From Squalus acanthias (lineage: Eukaryota): a stretch of 64,000 nucleotides of DNA. The notes under the pieces are model-generated. The model made no database searches. It had not been told where the DNA came from and saw nothing but the letters and a program-made list of their open reading frames with translations. Positions within the stretch are counted from its first letter, which is position 1. Each line of letters opens with the position of its first letter. Location of the stretch: contig CM059433.1 of the NCBI GenBank assembly GCA_030390025.1, forward strand, positions 12,464,001 to 12,528,000. The letters are read 5' to 3'. Shown piece by piece: positions 48,297 to 59,983 of the stretch. Both the position numbers and the translations under genes were made by a program.

Positions 48297-49715
48297 GCTG
48301 ATGATTGAGAGTAGACTGATGGGGTGGTAATTGGCCGGATTGGGTTTGTCCTTCTTTTTGTGGACAGGACATACCTGGGCAGTTTTCCACATTGTCGGGT
48401 AGATGCCATTGTTGTAGCTGTACTGGAATAGCTTGGCTAGAGGCACAGCTAGTTCTGGAGCACGTCTTCAGCACGACAGCCGGGATGTTGTCGGGGCCCA
48501 TAGCCTTTGCTATATCCAGTGCGCTCAGCCGTTTCTTGATATGACGTGGAGTGAATCGAATTGGCTTAAGACTGGCTTCTGTGATGGTGGGGACCTCAGA
48601 AGGAGGCCAATATGATTCATCCACTTGGCCCTTCTGGTTGAAGATGGTTGCAAATGCTTCAGCCTTCTCTTTTGCACTCACGTGCTGGGCTCCATCATCA
48701 TTGAGGATGGGGATATTCTTGGAGCCTCCTCCTCCCGTTAGTTGTTTAATTGTCCACCACCATTCACGACTGGATGTGGCAGGACTGCAGAGCTTTGATC
48801 TGATCCGTTGACTGTGGGATCACTTAGCTCTGTCTATAGCATGCTGCTTCCGCTGTTTAGCATGCATATAGTCCTGAGTTGCAGCTTCCCCAGTTTGGCA
48901 CCTCATTTTTAGGTATGCCTGGTGCTGCTCCTGGCGTGATCTTCTACACTCCTCATTGAATCAGGGTTGGTCCCCTGGCTTGGTGGTAATGGTAGAGTGA
49001 GGGATATGCCGGGCCATGAGGGTACAGATTGCGGTGGAATACAATTCTGCTGCTGCTGATGGCCCACTGCGCCTCATGGATGCCCAGTTTTGAGCTGCTA
49101 GATCTGTTCTGAATCTATCCCATTTGGCATGGTGGTAGTGCCACACAACACAATGGAGGGTGTCCTCAGTGTGAAGATGGGATTTCGTCACCAGACTGTG
49201 CGGTGGTCACTGCTACCAATGCTGTCATGGACAGATGTATCTGCGACAGGTAGATTGGTGAGGACGAGGTCAAGTAGGTTTTTCCCTTGTGTTGGTTCTC
49301 TTACCACCTGCCACAGTCCTAGTCTGGCAGCTATGTCGTTCAGGACTCGGCCAGCTCGGTCAATAGTTGTGCTACCGAGCCACTCTTGGTGAATCGACAT
49401 TGAAGTCCCCCACCCAGAGTACAGTCTGTGTACTTGCTACCCTCAGTGCTTCTTCCAAGTGGTGTTCAACATGGAGGAGTACTGGTTCATCAGCTGAGGG
49501 AGGGTGGTTGGTGGTAATCAGCAGGAGGTTTCCTTGCCCATGCTTGACCTGAAGCCATGAGATTTCATGGGGTGCGGAGTCAATGTTGAGGACTCCCAGG
49601 GCCACTCCCTCCCAACTGTATACCACTCTGCCGCCACCTCTGGTGGGTCTGTCCTGCCGGTGGGACAGGACATACCCAGGGATAGTGATGGAGGAATCTG
49701 GGACATTGGCTGAAA
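48297..49715 (-). mobile_element. CR1-group (T1/Zenon-like) LINE, APE-to-RT fragment
   Basis: RQDRPTRGGG, VGDFNV, LLDLVLTN..IGSSDH, KAMGPDNIP, NPANYHPISLLS. Confidence 0.85.
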
Positions 49716-50507
49716 ATAACATAGCATTCATTCAAAACTCACAGCCCTTGAAGCAGCACACCCTGCCCTTGCAAACGACAAAGTCACAGACTGAGAAGAA
49801 TGGTAATTCACCTTTTGCTCTACCCCACTGAGCAGAAAATGCATCCATCTGCCCAGTAAACCCAGCAACACACCCTACACAGCAGAACGGCAGTGTTCAG
49901 TCGGAGCAGGCAAACCCCCCACTATTCAGCTACGACCTCTCCCCAGTGGCACCCCTCCCCACAGTGAGTAGAAATTTTAGCAATGGAAGTAAGACAGCCA
50001 TCCCCGGGCAGCAGAGCTTTGGATGTGCAGTGCCGTCATATCACACTCCCAGCGCCCACAGAGCACAAATGCATGGCCATCGAGAGCAATGAATCTCTTG
50101 TGTCCCTCCCAATCAGAAAGGTGGGTTTGTGATGTAAGCTATCCTTCTCCCTGCCTTTTCTCCGCCCACCCCACCTCGCTTCCACCCCTTCAGATCTTCC
50201 TATCCCCCCATCTATTCACTTTCTCCATTCTCCTCCCCCCATCAACATCCTCCTCTGACTCATCCTCCCCCTTCTTTACTTCTCCCTCATCTCGCTTTTC
50301 CCTGTCCTTCAGCCTCCCATCCCCTCTCTGCCTCTTCCTCTCCTCCTTTCCACCACCTCCGCCTTGGGTCCAATTATTCGCTGCTCTTTAACCCTACTTG
50401 ACTTGAATACTGTCCTTGGTCTTGAGTCTCACCACAGGAAATTGTCAAGTCCCCTAAAATATTTCCAGGACCCTTCAGTGGTATCATGTCCAGTGTAGGC
50501 AGCCGAG

Positions 50508-50603
50508 CTTCCTTCCCAATTATAGGTACTTCCCCATTCCTTCCCCATTATAGGTACTTTCCCATTCCTCATTATAGGTACTTCCCCATTCCTTCCCCAT
50601 TAG
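50508..50603. repeat. Minisatellite, ~28-bp unit (attataggtacttccccattccttcccc) in ~3.5 copies
   Basis: Tandem repetition visible directly. Confidence 0.8.
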
Positions 50604-50757
50604 AAGTTGTCCCAGTGGAGCCATTTGCTCAGCTGTGACAACTTCTGCAGTGAATCCAGAAGTGAATGAATCACAGACACTGTTAGGCATCCTCTGTCAC
50701 TCACAAGAAATATGTTGGCCTCCTCGAAACATATTGAAAAAATATTATAAACAGAAT

Positions 50758-51401
50758 GGGCTGGATTTTCATTGACCTGTAGAGGTGGGTTTGGAGGCGT
50801 GAGGGGGGGTTAAAATTGCGAAAACTGGCGGGCGGGCACAAGCCCGCCTCCATCCCGCCTCCACGCAATTTTCATTAAATCGTGTCTGCTGGTCCTGCCT
50901 GCGTCCCGCCTCTAAGAGGCGGGATAGGCTGTTAAGGCCCTTAACAAGCACTAAATTGCCTCTATAATGCCATTATGAAAGGCCTCTGTGATTTTAACCC
51001 TTTTTCTACGTGAAGCACGCCTGTTCTGAACCATGAATGTGAAACCTGGCGGGAGCACATCTGGCTGGCTGTGGATGGATGAGGAGGAGACATATCTGGG
51101 AGTGGTGGTGCAAAAATATCTGGGAGCAGACTTAGGGCTGCTGCTGCTCATTTTGCATCCAGGTCCTCTCACAGCAAAGGCCAGGCAGTCTCTGACCTTC
51201 AATGCAGCAGCAATGATGACATCATCAGAGGCGACTTTCAGACTGAAAACACTAATTGGGTCATGGGTTCCCACATGTTGGAACTCAATTGCCCAATTAG
51301 GTGAAAATCGCATCAATCTCCCACATCCAATTGCAGTCGGGTGGATAACACGAAAAGTGGATAACACGACCCCAACCCGCCCCAGTATCAAAATCCAGCC
51401 C
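50758..51401. mobile_element. Harbinger-like MITE, 644 bp
   Basis: Perfect 12-bp TIRs GGGCTGGATTTT / AAAATCCAGCCC; AAT duplicated on both flanks. Confidence 0.85.
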
Positions 51402-51716
51402 AATATGTCAGGAGAAGCCCTGATATGTAGTTCCTTCTTGTGAGGCTGATCTTAACCCACTTGCAGCCTTATCACTCATTGATTATCTTATTAATCTCAC
51501 TTATACAAATAAAAATCATGCTGCCCCTGACACATCTTCTATTTACTACCAAAGTTTATGATCACAACGCTGTTTTCTTACAATATGTATACATATGCAT
51601 AAGGGAAACAAGACCCTGGATTTGCAATGGTAAACCTATGCTTGTCATCTCTGACCCGAACTGAAGATGGCTGCAGAAAAGAGCAATATATATTTCTATC
51701 AAGCTGGGGATATGAC

Positions 51717-53478
51717 GGCATAGAAATTGGATCACGCCACGCCCGGTTTTCAGGCGAGAAATGGGAGCCCATGGGTCCAATAAGGCGGGTGTCGCACCGG
51801 TCTCGGTTCTGAAGTGCCCGGCTAGATCAGATACCCTCGTAGGTGTCCAGGGCGTGTGCTCGAAATATTCAGACAGCTCATTATGATATTAAAGTAAGGA
51901 TTTTATGCTGGTTTTAGGATCCTTTTGTGAAATTGATCTGCCCCAGTGCCTGACTTGCTGCTTGATAAACTTGCCCAGTAAATCATGGCTCTCGCAATCA
52001 GCAAGGATCCCCGAGGAGCGCTGTTCAAAGGGTTCATCCCCTTCATTCAGTTTAGTTGCTAGTTTGTCCTGTTGGGCTGCGGATCAACTTCCTGGCTTTT
52101 TAAAAAAATCTTTGTTCCACGACTGAATTTGAGAGTTCTGGGAACAATTTTTCTCTGGTGCTGGAATGCTTCTCTGCTTTGCAAATATTGTAGTTCACTC
52201 ATGGGTGGTCGCCAAGGAGGCTGGAACGGAGCTTTGGTACCTGCTGAAGCCCCAACTGGAGCACCAGACCAGGGCAGGGCAGGGTCAGCACTACCCGTGG
52301 CTGCCAAGGTCACCGTGGCCCTTAAATTTTACACCATGGGGTCATTCCAGGCTGCGGTCGATGACATCAGCAAAACCTCGCCGTTCGCTGTTCACTGCTG
52401 CATCAGAGTTTTTTTTAATTCGTTTTTATGGGATGTGGGCATCGCTGGCTAGGCCAGCATTTATTGCCCATCCCTAGTTGCCCTTGAGAAGGTGGTGGTG
52501 AGCCGCCTTCTTGAACCGCTGCAGTCCGTGTGGTGAGGGTACTCCCACAGTGCTGTTAGGTAGGGAGTGCCAGGATTTTGACCCAGCGATGATGAAGGAA
52601 CAGCCGATATACTTCCAAGTCAGGATGGTGTGTGACTTGGAGGGGAACTTGGAGGTGGCGGTGTTCCCATGCGCCTGCTGCCCTTGTCCTTCTAGGTGGA
52701 AGAGGTCGCGGGTTTGCGAGGTGCTGCCGAAGAAGCCTTGGCGAGTTGCTGCAGCGCATCTTGTAGATGGTACACACTGCAGCCACGGTGCGCCGGTGGT
52801 GGAGGGAGTGAATGTTTTAAGGTGGTGGATGGGGTGCCAATCAAACGGGCTGCTTTGTCCTGGATGGTGTCGAGCTTCTTGTCGAGTTGTGACCGATGCT
52901 CTCTAGTCAAGAAGGAAGGAACGTCTACATCTCCTTCCTCATGGTCTAAGTGAAGCGGAACGAGACGCACTAGGCTTCAAACGCATTACAGGCTTCCCAG
53001 GGTCCAAGGGGTCATAGGCTGCACCCATAACGCCTTGCGTGTTCCCCATCACCAGCCTGACGTCTTCCTCAACAGAAAGGGATATCATTCCCTCAATGTC
53101 GAGTTAGATATATTTCTTAAAGCTAAAGGTATCAAGGGATATGGGGAGAAGGCAGGTACAGGGTACTGAGTTTGGATGATTAGCCATGATCTCATCGAAT
53201 GGCGGAGCAGGCTCGAGGGGCCGAATGGCCTACTCCTGCTCCTATCTTCTATGTTTCTATGTTTCTATGTCCAGCTTGTTTTTGACCACAGGCAATACAT
53301 CATGCAGGTCCGTGCCTGGTTTCCGGGCAGAAGCTATGATTCATCCTGCGCCAGTCCTCTGTCCCACCTCTATTTCAACCAAACCGTCAATGGAAAAGAA
53401 AATCGGGCAGGTTGTAAAACGGAATGGCGATATGCTGTTGCCCGTTTTGCGCTATTGCCGAAGACCAATTTCACCTCC
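51717..53478 (+). mobile_element. Decayed Harbinger with transposase remnant; contains LINE inserts ~52410-52880 (-) and 53101-53268 (+)
   Basis: ALPVAAKVTVALKFYTMGSFQ..FAVHCCIR; FLNRKGYHSLNV|QLVFDHRQYIMQV; TIR-like ends ggcatagaaattg / caatttcacctcc. Confidence 0.7.
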
Positions 53479-54623
53479 GGTATGTTTTTATGTAAATATC
53501 CAGTTTTAACTAAGGTGAAATGAAATTAGCAAAGCATGCATATTTCCAAATCCACATTATTCTTGTAATAAACTAAAATCGCTGTAATTTGGTTACATTT
53601 TTGAAATTGAGGGTAATAACTACTACAGTTAACTAGTTAACTTGTAAACTTCAGTTGGCAGTAGACCTCACAGTTTAGAGGTGATCACTTTAGACTATAA
53701 ATGAGGACTGAAATATCGATCGACAATTGTACATACGAAAAATAGCATAATTGGTTTCTGTTAATGTTAGATGTTATAGTGATTTAAGGTACTTTTTAGG
53801 TAACAGTGCATCCAAGTTAATAAATGGATTTTATGTGTAATTCAGCGTAAGTGGTAGACATTTTAAGCTATTAACTGCTCCTTAATGTGATTTCCTATCA
53901 TATTAAAGATTTCTTTGAAAAAAACTTAATGGTAAAGAAATAAATGAGACTTTCAAAGGATGATTTAACAATAATTTCAAAGTAGATACTGAATTTTTTA
54001 TTGGAAAATATTAATCGTTAGCCAAGGTTTTCGTGAAAAGCTGTGTTAAAACAATGCCCATTTTTGGCGCAAAAGTTCAAAGAAATTAATTATTTACGTT
54101 CCTTTTTACGCTATACCCAAATTTCCTTGGGGGGAGAAATTCAGCATGTTAGCGCCTCCTGTTGGTGCCTGGGGGGGGTGCTAACGGGGCGCTAATGGGT
54201 TTGCGGTGGGGTGCGGTGAATCCAACGCCGCACGCGACATTCACCCGGGATTTAGCGCTGCCGAAAACATTTAGCGCCTACGCCTTTAGCGGCTGCCAGA
54301 TCATGATGTCAACGCGTGTGTAATGCACCGTTAACGGCCCAGATGCAAAATTGACTGCCGCCCCCTGCCTTAGCGCCTGGCGTGAACAACAGCAGGAAGA
54401 GGAGGCATGATGCAGTCGGACGGCCGCTGTAGGAGCGGTATTTAAAGGCATCAACATCCGGTTTGATTTTAGTCGCCAATCAATGCTGCCTTCTCAGTTT
54501 GACATAGGGAAACAGCTGTTTTCAGTGAGGTAAACGTTTATTACTTTCAGGAGTGTTCTGGCTGCTAAAAATTTGTCAGCCTCAATGTGCTGAGATTTCG
54601 AACTCCTACACTTGGATACGTTA

Positions 54624-55807
54624 ATGGGGGCTGTACTGGCGCTCGACCTCGCCCTCCAGCGTCAGCGTCGGAGGCATCGGAGGCAGAGACAAAGATTGGA
54701 AAATGTGGCCAGAGGGAGGAGGGCCAACCGGGCTGTCAACAGGAAGCCTTACCCTCCCAGGGTATTCTGGGAGCACGTCTCCTGCATAAATTTCACTGAG
54801 GAGCAGTGTCTCAGAAGGCTCCGCTTCAACAAGGAGGTGGTCACAGAGCTCTGCCACCTCCTGCAGCCAGACCTCGAGCCTCAGATCAGGACCACCACGG
54901 CTCTCTCAGTGGCAGTCAAGGTCACCGTCGCCCTCAATTTCCACGCCAGCGGATCCTTCCAGTCTGTAGCAGGGGACATATTTAACATTTTGCAGTTCGC
55001 CGTCCATCGCTGCATCCGGGAGGTCACAGAGGCTCTCTACAGTAGGAGAAAAGGAGAAGGGACTACATTTCCTTCCCCATCACCAGAGAGAAGCAGGACG
55101 AGCGTGCATGTGGCTTTGCCAGGATAGGGGGCTTCCCCATGGTGCAGGGTGCCATTGACTGCACCCACGTGGCTTTGCAGGGCACCCTGTAACAATCCTG
55201 AGGTGTTCCGTAACCACAAAGGATACCACTCACTTAATGTGCTGTTGGTGTGCGACCACAGACAGCGAATCCTCACCGTCAATGCCCGCTATCCTGGCAG
55301 CAGCCACGATGCCTTCATCCTGTGCCAGACCAGTGTGCCAGCATTCTTCCAGCCACCACATCAAGCTCGCAGCTGGCTGGTCGGAGACAAGGGCTATCCG
55401 CTCTCCACCTGGCTCATGACTCCCCTCCGCAACCCTAACACTGCTGCTCAGCACTCATACAATGAGAGCCATGCCGCCACCAGGAACATCATCGAGCAGA
55501 CCATCGGAGTGCTCAAGCAACGGTTCCGCTGCCTTGACCGCTCGGGAGGAGCCCTCCAGTACTCGGCTGAGCGGGTGTCCCTTTCGTCGTGTTGTGCTGC
55601 ATGCTGCACAACTTGGCCATCATGAGGGCCCAGCCATTGCTACCAGGGATAGCGGGACAACCTCAGGAGGAGGAAGAGGGAGAGGAGGGGGATGAGGAGG
55701 AGGAGGAGCAACAGGAGGAGGAACAGCAGCGAGGGAGGAGGCAGCCACCCAATCAGCCTTCTGTAAGGGCGGTCTGTGACCGTCTGATCAGACTGCGGTT
55801 CCAATAA
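54624..55807 (+). pseudogene. HARBI1-like DDE transposase with about 3 frameshifts
   Basis: GAIDCTHV, RNHKGYHSLNV, YPGSSHD, LVGDKGY, RNIIEQTIGVLKQRFRCL across ORFs 54612, 55149 and 55589; aggagaa duplication near 55044. Confidence 0.92.
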
Positions 55808-55968
55808 ATTCTACCCAATATCTAGGTTGCTGACCACATCCCCATCATTCCATCCATTTCGCTTGCCATATCACAGCGCAAAGCTGAAATGAGATACAGC
55901 ACAAAATCAGCAAAATTCCATTAATAAATTTATCAACATTCAGTAAACACATATATACAGCAACTATA

Positions 55969-58900
55969 TTAACTAATCACCCTTGTGCAAATCCTTCCCC
56001 TCTTTACAGTGCCTTTTCCTAATCTACTGCTCCTACGTAGTGTCCCCCCAGTGGCTGCAGCAGGGCTGGTGGAAGGCTGCTGAGTGTCGGTGCCAGAGAC
56101 CACAGATGGCCTTGCAGGACACCCTCGACCAGCTCTGGACCTGGAAGGCCCGGCTGTACGCTGCACCACCTCAGCATGGGTGGCAGCAGTCTGAGCTGGC
56201 TGGATGACAGGCAGCGACAAGGGCAATGGCAGAGTGGTAGTGGTGGGAGCAGGAATGCTGTCATCCTGAGAGAGGACAGCAGGTTCCTGCTCCACTGACC
56301 CACTGCCGCTCCCCCGGGGCAGCACCTCAGCATCCTTAACAATCTGCTGGAGCACAGATTGCTGGCCTGCTGCGACACCGTGAGATCCTCGGTGGACTGT
56401 GGTGGACCCAGCTACGATGGCAGCAGTCAGAACTTACGTGGCATCAAGCTGAGACAGCATGAGAGCAGTCTGAGATTCGATGACAGCAACCATTGACTGC
56501 ATTACAGCACTAAGATGTTGCGTGGCTTCCGCCTGTGCTGCAATGGATTTTTTTAAAATTCGTTTTTATGGGATGTGGGTGTCGCTGGCAAGGCCAGCAT
56601 TTATTGCCCATCCCTAATTGCCCTTGAGAAGGTGGTGGTGTGCCGCCTTCTTGAACCGCTGCAGTCTGTGTGGTGAAGGTACTCCCACAGTGCTGTTAGG
56701 TAGGGAGTTCCAGGATTTTGACCCAGCGATGATGAAGGATCGGCGATATACTTCTAAGTCAGGATGATGTGTGACTTGGAGGGAAACTTGGAGGTGGTGG
56801 TGTTCCCATGCGTCTGCTGCCCTTGTCCTTCTAGGTGGAAGACGTCGCGGGTTTGGGAGGTGCTGCTGAAGAAGCCTTGGTGAGTTGCTGCAGTGCATCT
56901 TGTAGATGGTACACACTGCAGCCACGGTACGCCGGTGCTGGAGGGAATGGATGTTTAAGGTGGTAGAGGGGGTGCCAATCAAGCAGGCTGCTTTGTCCTG
57001 AATGGTGTCGAGCTTCTTGAGTGTTGTTGGAGCTGCACTCATCCAGGCAAGTGGAGAGTATTCCATTACACTCCTTACTTGTGCCTTGCAGATGGTAGAA
57101 AGGCTTTGGGGAGTCAGGAGGTGAGACACTCACCGCAGAATACCTAGCCTCTGACCTGCTCTTGTTGCCACAGTATTTATGTGGTTGGTCCAGTTAAGTT
57201 TCTGGTCAATGGTGACCCCCAGGATGTTGATGGTGGGGGATTCGGTGATGGTAATGCCATTGAATGTCAAGGGCTGGTGTTTAGACTGTCGCTTGTTGGA
57301 GATAGTCATTGCCTGGCACTTCTGTGGCACGAATGTTACCTGCCACTTATCAGCCCAAGCCTGAACGTCGTCCAGGTCTTGTTGCATGTGGGCATGGGCT
57401 GCCTCATTATCTGAGGAGTTGTGAATGGCACTGAACACTGTGCAGTCATCAGTGAACATCCCCATTACTGACCTTATGTTGGAGGGAAGGTCAATGATGA
57501 AGCAGCTGAAGATGGTTGGGCCCAGGACACTGCCCTGAGGAACTCCTGCAGCAATGTCCTGGTGCTGCGATGATTGACCTTCAACCACCACAACCATCTT
57601 CCTTTGTGCTAGGTATGACTCCAGCCAGTGGAGAGTTTTCACCCCGATTCCCATTGACTTCAGTTTTACTAGGGCTCTAGGATGCTGCCACATCGCCCAT
57701 GACACACGGTTTGAGGTCTGGGTCTCCACGGTCTCTCGGGGAGTCCACCATCCTTGGCAGACTGCCAAAGATGGGCTCCATGGTGTGCGCAGAGCTCTGT
57801 ACAATGTTGTAGGCGGACTCCTCCACGCTCCTTACCATTGCCGACAGGTTTTCGGGCTCCCTTGCCATTACACCTAGCATCTCGGTGTGCATGGCCATCA
57901 CCCTTCTTGTGAACGCCTCCCCATCAAGGTCCTCATCTGAGTCCTGTGCAGCAGAACTCGCGCGCGAACACGCCCTCCGGGGAGCTGGCTCCCGAGCTAC
58001 CCTTTCCCCCTGGCCTTGCTGCAGCCCGCTCATCCCCAGTGCATCACCCAGTGCAGATCCCTTTACTAAACTTACCTCTAAAGATCGCCCAGTCCCAGTA
58101 TCTGAGGTGGTGCCTGCAGGTGAGAGATGCAGTGACGCGGTGCTTTGTTCCTCCTCCTCTTCTCCCGCCTCACTCTCACTGGGAGGCTCAGGGACAGGCT
58201 GGTCATCTGATTGCTGATTACCTGAAATCATAAAGGCACAAGACTCGCGTTAAGGTGAGGGCAAGGGGGGCAGGAAGGGAGCAAGGAATGCAGACAGTAT
58301 CAGGAGCTGAAACGTGGGAAAGGCTTGTGGTGTGAGGGGGAAGTGGGATGAGAGAAAGAGAGGGGATGAACATACCGTTGTTGCCCCCAAGGGGGTCGCC
58401 GACGGCCACAGCGCCAACCACCTGGCACCCTGAGACTCTGAACACTCGCTCCTCCAGGTCTGTAAGCTGTTGGATGTCCGCTTCACCCCCGCCTGTTCGT
58501 TGCTGCTCCCTCCTATGGTGGGCCAGCTTGGCCTGCAACAGAAAGGAAAGACTGTGAGTGAGTGTGCAGCTATGTGTTTGAATGATGTGCCTGCCATAGT
58601 TGAATAGCTGTGATTGTAGGCAAGGCGTGAGATGTGGATGTGTGTTTTAGTAGGTGGAGGTGCTTGGTGGGTGAGTGGTGGGGGTGTGGTGGTTTGTGCA
58701 GTGTGTACAGACTGAGGTTCAGATGCTGGTATGTGGGACTTGTTGAAGCATGTACTCACCCTGACCACCCGAGTGAGGTCATTGATTTTTTTTACAGCAC
58801 TGTGTGAGGGTCCTGAGGACCACACTGCTGGCCGAGACGTCCTGGGCCATTTCCCTCCACATTGCCCTGAAGACCTGGGCAATGGCCTCCTGCCAGTGGC

Positions 58901-59002
58901 TGGGAACAGCACTGCCCTCCTCCTTTCGACTGCCGCGACCAATGCCTCCAATTCCTGGTTACTGAAACGGCGAGCTCTCTCCCTGGGACTGGGATCAGCC
59001 AT
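55969..59002 (-). pseudogene. Harbinger Myb/SANT-like gene, exons 59002-58760, 58532-58376 and 58221 to ~55969 (exon 3 split by a LINE)
   Basis: MADPSPRERARRFSNQELEALV; same intron positions as the 16520 copy. Confidence 0.88.
56550..57677 (-). mobile_element. CR1-group (T1/Zenon-like) LINE 3' part inserted into Myb exon 3
   Basis: GVPQGSVLGPTIF..FTDD, KAQVRSVMEYSPLAW; short ggat repeat at the flanks. Confidence 0.88.
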
Positions 59003-59302
59003 GAGGATAAGAGGTGTGGCTGTTGAGTTGTTTGGAGGTCACCTTCAGAGCCAGCAATGTTGAGAATGAGGTTGTGCAGAATGATTGAACCTCCCCTTTA
59101 AGAACTGGAAGGAGCCAGTGTGAATGATGAGTCCCAATTGGAGTGCACCTGAAATTGGTTATCGCTGTGCGGGTAGCGCACCGCTCTCTGTGTGTAGCGC
59201 CCTAAGTTAGGTGATTAGCGCTTGATTTAGCACTCCAGTTCTCTCTTGGAGTGCTAACAATCAATTTAGCGGGAGGTCAGAAGGATGGCGCTAATTCTCC
59301 AA

Positions 59303-59983
59303 GGAGGAAAAATTGGGTGGCACCCCTTTTGGGGCACTAACATCGCCGGGGTGCTAATTTTAGTGCCCCGAAAAAGTTACCGCGCCTCCACCGGAAATTC
59401 AGTAGTAGCGCCCCAAGCAGGAGGCGGGGCGCTACTGGAAGCATTCCACCTCCTTCTTGGGGCGCTGCAACCGAAGATCACGGTGCTACGTGCAACAGCG
59501 CCACTCGCGTCAGCACGTAGCGCCGCGTCATTGCTGGCCTCCCTCCCCCGATTAAAGGGGAGGGGCCTAGTGCTGTGTGCACCGGGGCCCTGCCAGAGCA
59601 CCGGGGAGCGGGGTGCCGTGAAAGCAATCGCGGCCGGCACCCCGAGAAAAAAAAGGGGAAGGGGTCAGGTGCTGGCAGTCGGCCAAAAAAAAATGGCCGC
59701 CCGACACCTGCCCTTTAACTTGCGCTGCTGCCGCCGCTGCAAGAACGCCCCCCTGACCCTGTGGGACATATCGTCCCGCGATAGGTCAGGGGGTGCAAGG
59801 GAAGTTTGTGACCGGGGCGCAAGCGGGGTGCTGCGCACGGCGATGATGTCATCGCCGGAGGCGCAGCGCCACAGGACGTTACAGGCTACCGCCGCCGCTA
59901 ACCTCCCACTGAATTTCGCGGGCGCTAGGGGATTTGCACCCCATTAGTAATGAGAAGCGCAAATCAACCCAATTTCCCCCCCC
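59303..59983. mobile_element. Harbinger MITE nested in the subterminal region of the 54130 element
   Basis: Ends GGAGGAAAAATTG / CAATTTCCCCCCCC, CAA on both flanks; related to the 29620 MITE. Confidence 0.75.

Noticed and set aside
50508..50603. CRISPR-like array
   Set aside because: Tandem repeat without unique spacers, in eukaryotic DNA.
54624..55807. Domesticated host HARBI1 gene
   Set aside because: Frameshifted, flanked by TIRs and a TSD, and multicopy within the window.
59285..59947. 220-aa ORF
   Set aside because: Coincides with a GC-rich MITE; no domain motif; a stop-poor frame is expected by chance.
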